NCBI GenBank assembly: GCA_027334715.1
Contig: DAHWUG010000003.1
Span: forward strand, 9,485 to 73,484
DNA from: Nanobdellota archaeon
GTDB lineage: Archaea; Nanobdellota; Nanobdellia; Pacearchaeales; GW2011-AR1
Length of the DNA: 64,000 nucleotides
Reading direction: 5' to 3'
The position numbers and the translations under genes are program-made. Position 1 is the stretch's first letter, and each line of letters opens with the position of its first letter. Shown here in pieces: positions 26,942 through 37,270 of the stretch. The notes under the pieces are model-generated. The model made no database searches and had not been told where the DNA came from. It saw only the letters and a program-made list of their open reading frames with translations.

Positions 26942-29398
26942 ATGATAATACAAACAAACAAAAAAGGAATGAGTTTCAAGAATAAATCTCTGGCATTGTT
27001 TCAGGCAGCAACAATTGTTCTCAGCATAATTGCATTCACTTATCTTGTTGCAATGACTATACCAAGTGTGAGTGCGTTCCCACCTGGACAATGTGCAATA
27101 ATTGATAAAGGGACATCTACAGAATCATATTGGCAAATGGGAAGCAATAATATGCTGAGCTGTGTTACAGGACATTGTAACCCACCAACAACAGACACGT
27201 TCACTGAAAATAATTTTTGTGTTGTATGGCTTGGATGTGGTACATCTCAAGGAGGTTCACATTGCAGCTCAATTTGCAGTCAGCAAAGTGATGGCTCTTG
27301 GTCAGTTAAATCAAGTGCTTTAGGATCTTGCCCTGCAGCTTCACCTTCTAGCAATTCAAGAAATCTACTCGATACTGCAAATACAGTTGTGGATACAGCT
27401 AATAGTATTACGAGTATTCCTACTAATGCGGGGGGAATAAAGGATATTTTAAAAGGTATAACATCAGGGGTTACATCTGATGTTAAGAATCTTAAAGGAT
27501 TTACCTTCAATGCGCCCAACCCGTCATTCCTTGATAATTTTGCTAATCCAAATCCTTATACAGGGGTTAAGGGTTGGATTTTTAACCCAACTATAGCGGG
27601 GAAATTGAGCATTGCAAATATTGTCGCGACAGCTGCAACTGCAGCAGGACTTTATGCTGTTACACAATGGGCTTTTGGAAAAGCAGGAGCAAATGCTGAA
27701 TTTTCACATGCAGCAGGACTGGGTGTTGGTGCAGGATATTTTGCAAGCCAGATAGTGTCAAAACTTGGAATAAAAATTCTTGGATTTGGAAGCACAGGGG
27801 TGGGAGTTATAGTTGGGATAGCTGTTTTATTAATTTCATGGAAAAGTGTAAGATACCAAAGCTATCAATTCAACTGTTATCCATGGACGCCGCCAACAGG
27901 GGGGCATGATTGCTCCAAATGCAATAATGGCCAATTGCCATGCACAGAATATACTTGCAGAAGCCTTGGACAAGGCTGTGAGTTGGTGAATCAGGGAACA
28001 GGGGAAGAACTTTGCGTATGGAACAACAGCAGAGATGTTACTCCTCCTATAATGCAGCCATGGTTAGATATCCTTACTCCAGGGTACAAGTATACGCCAG
28101 ACAATACATTATCTCCCCCTAATAATGGAGTAAAGATTGTGCCTTTGAACGACAATAACGGATGCATAAATTCAAGCAGCTCCCTAACATTCGGAGTAAC
28201 TACAAATGAGCCTGCAATATGCAAATGGGACACAGACAGCAGCCTCAATTTCTCAAGTATGAATAATTTCTTCGACGGAAGTCCTGTTGCAATCTACAAT
28301 CACAGCCAGATGCTTACTCAGTTGCCTGATGCAAATGCACTTGCTGCAGAAAACGCAACAATTGAGAACGGAAACAAGTATTCAATCTATGCAAGCTGCC
28401 AGAACACAAATGGGTATGCAGATGTAGGAGATTTTGTTTTCAAGTTCTGCGTAAACCCAAGCCCTGACACAGAAGCGCCATTGATAGAGACAACAAGCAT
28501 ACTTAACGGAAGCCCTATAGAATTCAACACAAGCTCTGTAAATCTTAGTGTTTTTGTGAAAGACAGTTATCCTGTTAATTGCAGATGGAGCAGCAATGAC
28601 CAGGATTACAGCACAATGGAAAATAACATGACCTGCCCTGAAAGCATTGTCCAGGTGAATGACCAGGGACTTTACCAGTGCAAGACGACACTTAATGGTC
28701 TCATTAGTTCCCAGAACAACACTTTCTATTTCAGATGCCAGGACACTTCTCCTCAGCAAAATAAGAATTCGCAGTCTTATGCTTATACTCTTATAGGAAC
28801 ACAGCCATTGATAATAACCTCTGTTGGTCCTAATAGCACAGTAATAAATTCAACAAATGTCGTAAAAGTGACGCTTACAGCAACTACTGCTGCTGGTTAC
28901 AATCAAGGAGACTCTCAATGCTCATTCAGCACCACAGGAAATACAGGAAGCTATGACACTTTCTTCAGCGACGCAGGAAATAATTTCAACAATTACCAGC
29001 ATTCACAGGACGTTTATCTTGTCCCTGGAAACTACAATTATTACATACAATGCATTGACCAGGGGGGAAATACTGCTACAAACATGACAAGTTTCACAGT
29101 CCAATCAGATACAAGTCCCCCTATTGTTGTAAGGGCATATAATGATAACAATAACTTGAAGATTATAACTGACGAGAATTCAACATGTGTTTACAATACA
29201 GACAGCAATATAGGCTGCACATACCAATTCAGCGACGGTTCACCAATGCAGAATTCACAGGGAAATGTAAACCAGATTGCATGGGATGTAACAAAGACAT
29301 TCTACATAAAATGCATGGACAGCTTCGGCAACCAGCCAGATAGTGATGCATGCAGCATAATTGCAAGCCCCTACAGCATAAGCAACAGCAATCAATAA
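26942..29398 (+). CDS. large secreted protein with Cys-rich N-terminus, internal Gly/Ala hydrophobic segment and Ig-like repeats
   Basis: signal peptide; AATAAGL...GVGVIVGIAVLL segment; repeated D-x-P-P-I...YxxCxD..GN domains. Confidence 0.85.
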   Translation: MIIQTNKKGMSFKNKSLALFQAATIVLSIIAFTYLVAMTIPSVSAFPPGQCAIIDKGTSTESYWQMGSNNMLSCVTGHCNPPTTDTFTENNFCVVWLGCGTSQGGSHCSSICSQQSDGSWSVKSSALGSCPAASPSSNSRNLLDTANTVVDTANSITSIPTNAGGIKDILKGITSGVTSDVKNLKGFTFNAPNPSFLDNFANPNPYTGVKGWIFNPTIAGKLSIANIVATAATAAGLYAVTQWAFGKAGANAEFSHAAGLGVGAGYFASQIVSKLGIKILGFGSTGVGVIVGIAVLLISWKSVRYQSYQFNCYPWTPPTGGHDCSKCNNGQLPCTEYTCRSLGQGCELVNQGTGEELCVWNNSRDVTPPIMQPWLDILTPGYKYTPDNTLSPPNNGVKIVPLNDNNGCINSSSSLTFGVTTNEPAICKWDTDSSLNFSSMNNFFDGSPVAIYNHSQMLTQLPDANALAAENATIENGNKYSIYASCQNTNGYADVGDFVFKFCVNPSPDTEAPLIETTSILNGSPIEFNTSSVNLSVFVKDSYPVNCRWSSNDQDYSTMENNMTCPESIVQVNDQGLYQCKTTLNGLISSQNNTFYFRCQDTSPQQNKNSQSYAYTLIGTQPLIITSVGPNSTVINSTNVVKVTLTATTAAGYNQGDSQCSFSTTGNTGSYDTFFSDAGNNFNNYQHSQDVYLVPGNYNYYIQCIDQGGNTATNMTSFTVQSDTSPPIVVRAYNDNNNLKIITDENSTCVYNTDSNIGCTYQFSDGSPMQNSQGNVNQIAWDVTKTFYIKCMDSFGNQPDSDACSIIASPYSISNSNQ

Positions 29399-29549
29399 GG
29401 AATAAAATTTTAAGGAACAAACAGTCAATTGATGTTAAAGAGGTAACGCAGGGTCAGGTTTATTTTTTATTAGTTTAAGTTGTACTCATTAGAAAAGGAA
29501 GTTATAAATTTTATATAAAATTTATAAGTAAGTATTTCTTGTATTAATT

Positions 29550-30083
29550 ATGGGGATGGAGAATAGAAAAAGAGGAATGAAAAAATCAGGCCAGACAGAA
29601 ATTTCGTTCGGAATGATTTTTTCAATAATACTCATAATATTTTTTCTGGCAGCTGCATTTTACGCGATAAAAGTATTCATGGGATTTAGTGACACCGCAA
29701 AAGCAGGGAAATTTTACACTGATTTGCAGTCAGACATCAAAAACATATGGGGAAATTCTGCATTCAGCTCGGGCCAGCATGATTATATCATTCCAAGCGG
29801 GATAAACCTGGTTTGCTTTGTGGATTTTTCCTCTGATGCAAAAGGCAAGAATTCAAACCTTTACACAGATTTGAAAATGGGAACCTATACAGGAGATGAG
29901 AATCTTGTTCTTTATCCCCTAAAGCATAACAATTTTGATTCAAAGCGAATAGATTACATAGACTTGTCCGAAATAACCTCTGCGGAAAATCCATTTTGCA
30001 TACAAACCAGCAACGGAAAAGTTTCAATGATTTTGAAAAAAGACATTGGACAGGATTTGGTGACAATAACGAGAGCAGGATAG
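29550..30083 (+). CDS. pilin-like protein with class III signal peptide
   Basis: KKSGQ/TEISFGMIFSIILII. Confidence 0.8.
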   Translation: MGMENRKRGMKKSGQTEISFGMIFSIILIIFFLAAAFYAIKVFMGFSDTAKAGKFYTDLQSDIKNIWGNSAFSSGQHDYIIPSGINLVCFVDFSSDAKGKNSNLYTDLKMGTYTGDENLVLYPLKHNNFDSKRIDYIDLSEITSAENPFCIQTSNGKVSMILKKDIGQDLVTITRAG

Positions 30084-30128
30084 AAAGAGGATAAATAAAA
30101 ATGCTAAATATAAAAGAGGGGCAAAAGA

Positions 30129-31100
30129 ATGACAAGCGGTAAAAGTTTCTTTAATAAAAGGTTAAAGTCAGATAAGGAGGGGTTTCTGCAGATTCCATTC
30201 TCATGGCTGTTTGCAATAGTAGTCGGGGCGATAATAATTTTCTTTGCAATATATTTTACCACAAAATTGATGGGAACAGAGACAAAGGTTTCAACAGTGG
30301 AGACAGGCAGCCAGATAAATGTCCTTTTAAATCCTCTCGAAACAAGTTTTGGCGAGGAACAGGTTACAGCATTGTCAATACCTGTTGAAAGCCTGTTGAG
30401 CAACAACTGCGATAATGCAGGAAATTTTGGAAGCCAGCAGATAGTTGTCTCGCAGAAAGCAGGGGGCCAGTGGACAGACATAAACATTGCGCCAACATCG
30501 CATAATAAGTATATTTTCTCAAATGACAGCGTTGAAGGAAAGAATTTCTATCTTTTTTCAAAGCCGCTTGCACTGCCTTTCAAAGTCGGCGATTTGATTT
30601 ACCTGACTTCTGCAAATGATAATTACTGCTTTGTATCTGCACCACAGACAATTCAGGACGAGCTTTCAAACCTTAAACAGGGGAATATCTTCATTGCAAA
30701 CTGCCCTTCAAACAGCATAAATGTCTGCTTTTCACAGGCATCAAACTGCAGCATCACTGTTGACCAAAACCAGAAATCTGTGGAAAAAAACGGGCATACA
30801 ATGTATTATGAAACAGATGCTTTGATGTACGGAGCCATTTTTTCAAATCCAGATGTTTACGAATGCCAGATTCAGAGATTAATGAAAAGAACTAACGAGC
30901 TTTCAACAATTTACAATGACAAGGAAACAATTATATCGATTTCAGGGGGATGTCCTGTTGATGCCAGCCTTAGCGTAGATCTTCTAAACCTCGGAGAAGC
31001 TGCAAAATCTGTAAATAGCTCATCTGATTTGATAAATGTAAGGGCAATTGCAGACAACGCTGGATTGGAAAACAGCGTTTCTCCCTGCCCATTATGGTAA
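30129..31100 (+). CDS. pilin-like/secreted protein with class III-like signal
   Basis: KEG/FLQIPFSWLFAIVVGAIII; Cys pairs. Confidence 0.75.
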   Translation: MTSGKSFFNKRLKSDKEGFLQIPFSWLFAIVVGAIIIFFAIYFTTKLMGTETKVSTVETGSQINVLLNPLETSFGEEQVTALSIPVESLLSNNCDNAGNFGSQQIVVSQKAGGQWTDINIAPTSHNKYIFSNDSVEGKNFYLFSKPLALPFKVGDLIYLTSANDNYCFVSAPQTIQDELSNLKQGNIFIANCPSNSINVCFSQASNCSITVDQNQKSVEKNGHTMYYETDALMYGAIFSNPDVYECQIQRLMKRTNELSTIYNDKETIISISGGCPVDASLSVDLLNLGEAAKSVNSSSDLINVRAIADNAGLENSVSPCPLW

Positions 31101-31104
31101 AATA

Positions 31105-31632
31105 ATGACAAAAATGCTGAAAAATAAAAAAGCGCAGATGAAGATACAGCAGATGGCTTTCATGCTTCTGGCTGTGACTTTGTTTTTCGCAATTGCAGGC
31201 CTGTTTGTAATTACAATAAGCTTCTCAGGCATAAAGCAGTCTGCAGATCTTATTAAGGAGCAGAATGCGCTTCTTCTTGTTTCAAAAATAGCTGATTCGC
31301 CTGAATTTGCCTGCGAAAATGCATTTAACCAGCCTATGACAAACTGCATTGACACAGACAAGGCAATGGCCCTGAAAAAAAACATCCAGGATTACAGGAA
31401 TTTTTGGGGAATTTCAGGCTTGGAGATGATATGGGTTTACCCTGATAATAACACAGGTACAGAGTGCACAACAGAAAACTATCCTGAATGCGGGGAGATA
31501 ACGCTGATTCCTGTGGCAAATGGGACAGGAATTGGAAATTTTGTATCTTTATGCAGAAAAGCAATAGACAATAATTCAATACCTTACAATCAATGTGATT
31601 TGGGGAAGATCATAGTGATTTACAATGGCTAA
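31105..31632 (+). CDS. pilin-like protein with class III signal peptide
   Basis: KKAQ/MKIQQMAFMLLAVTLFF; SPEFAC and other Cys. Confidence 0.8.
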   Translation: MTKMLKNKKAQMKIQQMAFMLLAVTLFFAIAGLFVITISFSGIKQSADLIKEQNALLLVSKIADSPEFACENAFNQPMTNCIDTDKAMALKKNIQDYRNFWGISGLEMIWVYPDNNTGTECTTENYPECGEITLIPVANGTGIGNFVSLCRKAIDNNSIPYNQCDLGKIIVIYNG

Positions 31633-31765
31633 AATAAGAGATAAAGCAGCTAAAGAAGATAAAAGATTAATAATGAAAATTTGGAATATGTTAAATTATA
31701 GCTTTTGCCTTGGAGATGGGCTGACATATTGGCTTAAGTAAAGGTTATACAAATAAAAAGACAAT

Positions 31766-32281
31766 GTGCGAAGAAAAATGGGAATGGTAAACTTAAAGAA
31801 AAATCAAAATTACATCAAAAGAGGTCAGGAAGAAATAGTCGGCTTTGTAATAATTGTAGTAATTGTTTCCTTAATCCTTGTTTTTTTCCTTGTTTTCTCC
31901 ATGAATAGTGTTCCCCAGACTAACAGCTATGAAGTTTCAAGCTTTTTAGGCTCTGCAATTCATTACACAACAACATGCCAGATTGATTCAGCATATCTTT
32001 CTGTAAGCGATCTTGTAAGTTCATGTTTGCAGAATGCAACATGCTCAGATGGCCAAAATTCATGCGATAATTTAAATCAGACTCTTAATACTTTAATGAA
32101 AAAAGGCTGGCGTTGGGGTCAGAATTTACCTGTAAAGGGTTATAGTCTAAATATTGTTTCCAGCTTCGGCAATGTTTTATCAGTCCAGAATGGAAATATA
32201 ACATCCACTTACAAAGGAGCTCAAGAAATACTTCCTGTTTCAAGCGCAAATATAACTGTTTCTGTGACTATTTATTCTTGA
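31766..32281 (+). CDS. pilin-like protein with class III signal peptide
   Basis: KRGQ/EEIVGFVIIVVIVSLILV; start codon uncertain. Confidence 0.78.
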   Translation: MRRKMGMVNLKKNQNYIKRGQEEIVGFVIIVVIVSLILVFFLVFSMNSVPQTNSYEVSSFLGSAIHYTTTCQIDSAYLSVSDLVSSCLQNATCSDGQNSCDNLNQTLNTLMKKGWRWGQNLPVKGYSLNIVSSFGNVLSVQNGNITSTYKGAQEILPVSSANITVSVTIYS

Positions 32282-32373
32282 GGTTAAAGAATCCGTTAAG
32301 AAGTTGTTAATAATTAAATCTCAATTAGGTTAAGATGCATTGTATTTTATGCCTAAAATTTATTGGCTTTTAG

Positions 32374-32727
32374 CTATATTTTCAGATTTATTGTCAAAGT
32401 GTCTATCAAAAGCTCTGGCTTGTGCCTTATCCTGTTCTTTGTCTTTTCTTCTGTTAATTCTATGAAACCAAAGCGCTCCAATAGCTTTATGTCTTCATTG
32501 ACTGTCTTGAAATCCCTTCCAAGTTTCTTGGCAAGCCCGTATATTGAGCCAGGATTCTCTATCTTTAGAACATGCAAAAGCCTTGCCTTTTCATTGCTTA
32601 ATAAATGCCTTAAAGTAGCTAAGCCTTCAAAGTCAAAATCCTGCTTAAGAAAAAGGCCTTTTTTCAGTATTGAGAATGCGCCGTTTGAGCTAGTTATTGT
32701 TATTTCCCTTGTCTTTGAGCCTGCCAT
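32374..32727 (-). CDS. HTH regulator (HVO_A0114-like)
   Basis: LLSNEKARLL, PGSIYGLAKKLGRDFKTVNEDIKLLERFG. Confidence 0.85.
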   Translation of the reverse strand: MAGSKTREITITSSNGAFSILKKGLFLKQDFDFEGLATLRHLLSNEKARLLHVLKIENPGSIYGLAKKLGRDFKTVNEDIKLLERFGFIELTEEKTKNRIRHKPELLIDTLTINLKI

Positions 32728-33015
32728 TTTGCCTGTTTTTTACAGTTATTTTGTAATATTGGTTATTTATTTGAATGTTTTCTAATTATATGGGTTTTTT
32801 ATGTATATATGATTAAGAATACCCTATATGTTAATAAATGTTTCTTTTTCTTTCTTTTCCAGAGATGGAAAGGAGACCTATATATTGTATTAATACTATA
32901 GTGACACCATAATCTTTATAAATAAAACCTTTAAAAATAAGAGTTTTAAGGAAAAGGTCATAAAATGGCATAGTAACCTTTTTAAAGAAAAATGAGCTAT
33001 TATCAGTACACCGAC

Positions 33016-33157
33016 AACGCCTACGGGCGTTCTCATAGGGATTAATAAATATCATATTCAACAACACGGTGGCTTACCCTATAGCTATCGAGTTGGGGAA
33101 AGTTGTCCTTGGCAACTCTTAATAGAGTTGAAAGGAGGTTGAAAAGAGAGAGAAAAA
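33016..33157 (+). promoter_or_regulatory. long structured 5' UTR of the S-layer gene with Shine-Dalgarno
   Basis: AACGCC-TACG-GGCGTT UNCG hairpin; ATAGGG/CCCTAT pairing; CAACTC-TTAATA-GAGTTG hairpin; AAAGGAGGT. Confidence 0.55.
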
Positions 33158-35788
33158 ATGAGATTAAATTTTAAGAGAATTTCTGCTTTAGTGGCAAGCG
33201 CTTTAATGCTTGGCATGACTGCTGGAATTGCATCTGCTGCAAATTACCCGGCTCCTTTTGTAACAAACGGAACAGCTAATGTAGCTATTGTTTATGGTTC
33301 TGGAGCAGCGCTATCAGATAGTACTGCTGCAGGAAGCATTGCAACAAGCCTTAGTAGTTTTGTAAGCGGAGGGAGTTCAACTGTTAATATAACAGGAGAA
33401 AATGCACCTTTATTTTCAGGTTCATCTCCGATTTACTTGAATAGCTCATTGACTGCTGTTAAAGGAACTCTTACTTCATCAAATTTACCAACTGTTTTAG
33501 CAACAAGCACTTTCAACGATGGAAGTGTTTCAGCTACAGTAACTCCAACCCTTGTAATTAGCACTGGTTCTGGAGGAGTAAATTCAAATAATGAAGTAGT
33601 ATTCGTTAAGCCAACAGGATCAAGCGATCCTGTAGATGGGCTTAGTATGAGCACAACTGCAGGTTCAGGACTTTACAATATTACAGTAGGCTTTAGTCAA
33701 GCTGTTAATTTCACATCATCTACAGCTTCTGGTCAAAGCTTGAATTTATTCGGGAATAACTATTATGCAAGTCCATTGAGTACTTCAACGCAACTTGTTT
33801 TATACAAATCTGCTCAGACTTTGACTTTAAGTCAGGGTGGAAGTGGCAACACAACAGCTACTGCTACGATAAATGGAGTAAGCCATACAGTACAGCTCAT
33901 TAATGCAGGAACTTCATCTGCTACAATATCTGTTGACGGAACAAGCCAATCAGTTAATGTAGGAAGTTCTGTGACAATAAATGGAGTTAGTGTTGCGGTA
34001 ACAAGTGTCCAGTCTTCAACAGCTGGAGGAAACACAGCTACTGTTCTTGTAGGAGCTAACAAGCTTGTATTCAAGAACGGAGGAACAGTACTTCAAGGAG
34101 ATAACAGCATTCCTATAACTGGTACGACTGCTTATTTCACAGGTACGCCAACAAACCTCACACAGTTAGTTGTTAATGTAGCTGCAACTACAAATAATGA
34201 CAACACTGTTTTATCAGGACAATCATTTGTTGACCCCGTGTTTGGAGGATTTCAATTCACATATGGTGGATTGACACCTTCATGGAACTCTGGAAGCAGT
34301 GATAGTGTAATTATTGGTACTGATGGAACATCAACAAACCAGATTACAATGACTCCTCTCGGAGGAAGTTCTGCTTCATCATTTGATTTTGCATCAAATA
34401 GTAGTTCTTTGACAAGCGGAGTTTACAATCTGACAACAATTAATGGATATCCCTTGCAGGTATATGAGGGAAGTAACCTCACACAGAATAGCTATGCCAT
34501 AATTGGAAGTCCTAATGAAAATTATGGATATCTTATCCTGGTTTCAAGTGTTAATACTGGAACCGGAGCAGGTACCTCTGGAGGAGATTCAGTATCAGTC
34601 AGTAATGTATTAGATCCTTCAAAAGCAATAGGTATTTCCTATAGTGGAAATTATAAGGGTTTAATGACAATGCCTGATGGAAGTCAGTATACCTTTACAT
34701 ACAACGGAAGCGGTTCAAATGGATGGATATCCTTAAAATATCCAACTTCAATTGAGTCTGCAGGACAATATGTATTATATCCAACAATACAAGCAGCTGG
34801 AAATGAAATGGTAGGTGTTTATGCAAATCAGACCATCAATTTAGCAAATACCGATGGAATGGGTAACAATGTAAGTGGTTTATTGATTCCAAAAGGAAAT
34901 AGATATACTCCAACCACTGTTTCTTACAATGGTGTAGCTAATGGTGGAAGTAACTGGACAATTGGCAGTAGTCAACTTGTTACGGGAAATGCATCATTAG
35001 TTACTACTGTTAATGTAACAGTTGGTCAACTCAAATATGCATTAACAGGAAGTGCAACAGCTAATAAAACATTAGTACAATTATACCAGCCTGGTACAGG
35101 CACACTTATAAGCAATCCAGCGGTGGTTGTATTTGAACCAAAGTCAAGCGACACAAATGATAATGGATATTACAACGCCATAATTGTTCCTACACAATCT
35201 ACAGTAAGTGGAAGCACTACTTATGTTGGAACAGGATCTACAGCTTATTTCACGCAAAGTACATTATATGGGCCATTACCCCTTTCTAGCAATACAAAAT
35301 TGTCAGAATGGATGGATGGGTATGGAGCTCTAGTAAAACTAGATACTTCAAACTCAAACTATAACATAATGACTTTGTCAATACCTGATTCCCAATCTAC
35401 AGCAAATCTGTATGTTGGTGCTGCGAGTTCAACTGTTTCAAGTGGTAATCTTGGAAATGTCCTTGTAACAGACTCACAAGTAAGCACGGTCGCGTCAAAA
35501 GACTTGGTCGTTGTCGGCGGAAGCTGTATTAATTCAGCTGCTGCTGCACTCGTCGGTGGGGCTTACTGCGGATCTGCATGGACTGCTGCAACAGGCATCG
35601 GTTCAGGACAGTTCTTGATAAAGGGTTACACAAGCGGAATACCTGGTAACAGTTTTGCGCTTCTTGTAGCAGGTTATGAAGCAGCAGATACAACAAATGC
35701 TGCAAATTACTTGACACATTACACTGTTGATACAAGCAAAGCATACAGTGGTACTTCTGGTACAACTGCAAACTTGATTGTGTCCTAA
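33158..35788 (+). CDS. S-layer glycoprotein
   Basis: signal peptide; N-terminal YPAPFV..VAIVYG and C-terminal LVVVGGSCINS..LLVAGYEAADT motifs of archaeal S-layer proteins; S/T/G/N rich. Confidence 0.88.
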   Translation: MRLNFKRISALVASALMLGMTAGIASAANYPAPFVTNGTANVAIVYGSGAALSDSTAAGSIATSLSSFVSGGSSTVNITGENAPLFSGSSPIYLNSSLTAVKGTLTSSNLPTVLATSTFNDGSVSATVTPTLVISTGSGGVNSNNEVVFVKPTGSSDPVDGLSMSTTAGSGLYNITVGFSQAVNFTSSTASGQSLNLFGNNYYASPLSTSTQLVLYKSAQTLTLSQGGSGNTTATATINGVSHTVQLINAGTSSATISVDGTSQSVNVGSSVTINGVSVAVTSVQSSTAGGNTATVLVGANKLVFKNGGTVLQGDNSIPITGTTAYFTGTPTNLTQLVVNVAATTNNDNTVLSGQSFVDPVFGGFQFTYGGLTPSWNSGSSDSVIIGTDGTSTNQITMTPLGGSSASSFDFASNSSSLTSGVYNLTTINGYPLQVYEGSNLTQNSYAIIGSPNENYGYLILVSSVNTGTGAGTSGGDSVSVSNVLDPSKAIGISYSGNYKGLMTMPDGSQYTFTYNGSGSNGWISLKYPTSIESAGQYVLYPTIQAAGNEMVGVYANQTINLANTDGMGNNVSGLLIPKGNRYTPTTVSYNGVANGGSNWTIGSSQLVTGNASLVTTVNVTVGQLKYALTGSATANKTLVQLYQPGTGTLISNPAVVVFEPKSSDTNDNGYYNAIIVPTQSTVSGSTTYVGTGSTAYFTQSTLYGPLPLSSNTKLSEWMDGYGALVKLDTSNSNYNIMTLSIPDSQSTANLYVGAASSTVSSGNLGNVLVTDSQVSTVASKDLVVVGGSCINSAAAALVGGAYCGSAWTAATGIGSGQFLIKGYTSGIPGNSFALLVAGYEAADTTNAANYLTHYTVDTSKAYSGTSGTTANLIVS

Positions 35789-36030
35789 GTAAAAAAGCAA
35801 ACAAAAAATTTTTATTTTTTTATTTTTCTTTTTTTTCACTTCTGGCTGGAGCCGGAATTTAAGGATAAGAAAAAAAATTAGATTGTAAATGAAGAAAATT
35901 TTAGTATAAAATCTTAATTAGATGGAGATTATTAATAATGACAATAATTGCTTAATGCTAGATTTGTAGATTAATATGCTCAGTATTCATTAAACTTTTA
36001 AATACGGCTTTACACTTTAAATTATAAAAA

Positions 36031-36633
36031 ATGAGAAAAATAATTTCCAGGGAAGAGCATGAGAAGAAAAGAAAAAGAAACCAGATAATACTTGCAGTTG
36101 TGCTTGGGGCTGTCATGATATTAAGCACTTTGGGTTTTGCATTCCAGAATGCAATATTCAGCGGAAGCAGCAGTTATGGAAATTCGGGATTGAACCAGAC
36201 AACTTACAATGGTTATACTTTCACAAACCAAAACAATCTTTGGTATATAGGAAATTTTTCTTTCACTTACCTGCCAAGTGAGGTTAATTATACAACAATC
36301 GGAATAAAATCTGCAAGTGTATACCAGCAAAATCCATTGTATATTTACTCAAATGACTCCGGAGCGCAGGTTGAAGTAACTACTGATTTAGGAATGCTGG
36401 CTCAAAGAGTGCAGCAAGCATGTCCTTCTCCTGCAACAGGAATTGCTGTTTCTAATTGCGATTCAAGCCTTCCTGTAAAAACCTGCAGCGATAACTTTAT
36501 AATAATACAGCAAAGTAATAATAATGAAAGCATAACGCAGTCAAATGGCTGTGTTTTCATTAAGGGCCAGCAACAAGATTTGACAAAACTTGCTGATGCA
36601 TTTTTATACAAAACACTAGGGATTAAACAATAA
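36031..36633 (+). CDS. membrane-anchored secreted protein
   Basis: basic N-terminus, TM helix, Cys-containing ectodomain. Confidence 0.8.
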   Translation: MRKIISREEHEKKRKRNQIILAVVLGAVMILSTLGFAFQNAIFSGSSSYGNSGLNQTTYNGYTFTNQNNLWYIGNFSFTYLPSEVNYTTIGIKSASVYQQNPLYIYSNDSGAQVEVTTDLGMLAQRVQQACPSPATGIAVSNCDSSLPVKTCSDNFIIIQQSNNNESITQSNGCVFIKGQQQDLTKLADAFLYKTLGIKQ

Positions 36634-36636
36634 ATA

Positions 36637-37266
36637 ATGAAAATAAAGAAAAAAAACCTGGGAAATCTTATTATAGGAATTGTAATACTAGTTGCATTCG
36701 TTGCCTTTATTGTTTTTATATCAAATCGCACCCAATCAACTTCATTCACATATAAAGGGGTAAAATTTGACACTGTAAAATTCTGTGATTCAGGGCCGCC
36801 TTGCTTGATACTTTACAATACTTCCCTGCCTGTAAAATCAAATGGAACAGATTATGTTGTTACAATGCCAAAAGACTCAACAAACAATTATCTTTTTTAC
36901 TTGAGAAATGACCCAAGAAAACTTAATGTGAGCTTCAATGGAACTCCTGTATACAACAAAAATATCGTTCTTAAATATGAATCTCCTTTTGTCTGCAATG
37001 ACAGCGCTTTAGCTGGCGCGAATTTTGATTTATTGTACAAAATACTTGGCGCAAATGTTATAAAAGACCAAAACGCAACATGCGATCCTTATAACAGGTA
37101 TACTTACATTGATTTTCTGCCTGGAAATGAGACAAAAATAGTTCAGTTTGGACCAGCTTGCTACAATATTTACATTAAGGGCTGCGAAGTCTTGCAGGGA
37201 ACTGAGAAATACATGATTGAGACTTTTGTGAAGGTAAATGATGAACTGTACAATCAGAGCTACTGA
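36637..37266 (+). CDS. membrane-anchored secreted protein
   Basis: TM helix, LRNDPR motif, Cys pairs; architecture similar to the upstream gene. Confidence 0.8.
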   Translation: MKIKKKNLGNLIIGIVILVAFVAFIVFISNRTQSTSFTYKGVKFDTVKFCDSGPPCLILYNTSLPVKSNGTDYVVTMPKDSTNNYLFYLRNDPRKLNVSFNGTPVYNKNIVLKYESPFVCNDSALAGANFDLLYKILGANVIKDQNATCDPYNRYTYIDFLPGNETKIVQFGPACYNIYIKGCEVLQGTEKYMIETFVKVNDELYNQSY

Positions 37267-37270
37267 CTAA

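Noticed and set aside
32831-33067. 78-aa minus-strand ORF upstream of the S-layer gene
   Set aside because: Overlaps the AT-rich promoter and structured leader; no protein-like features
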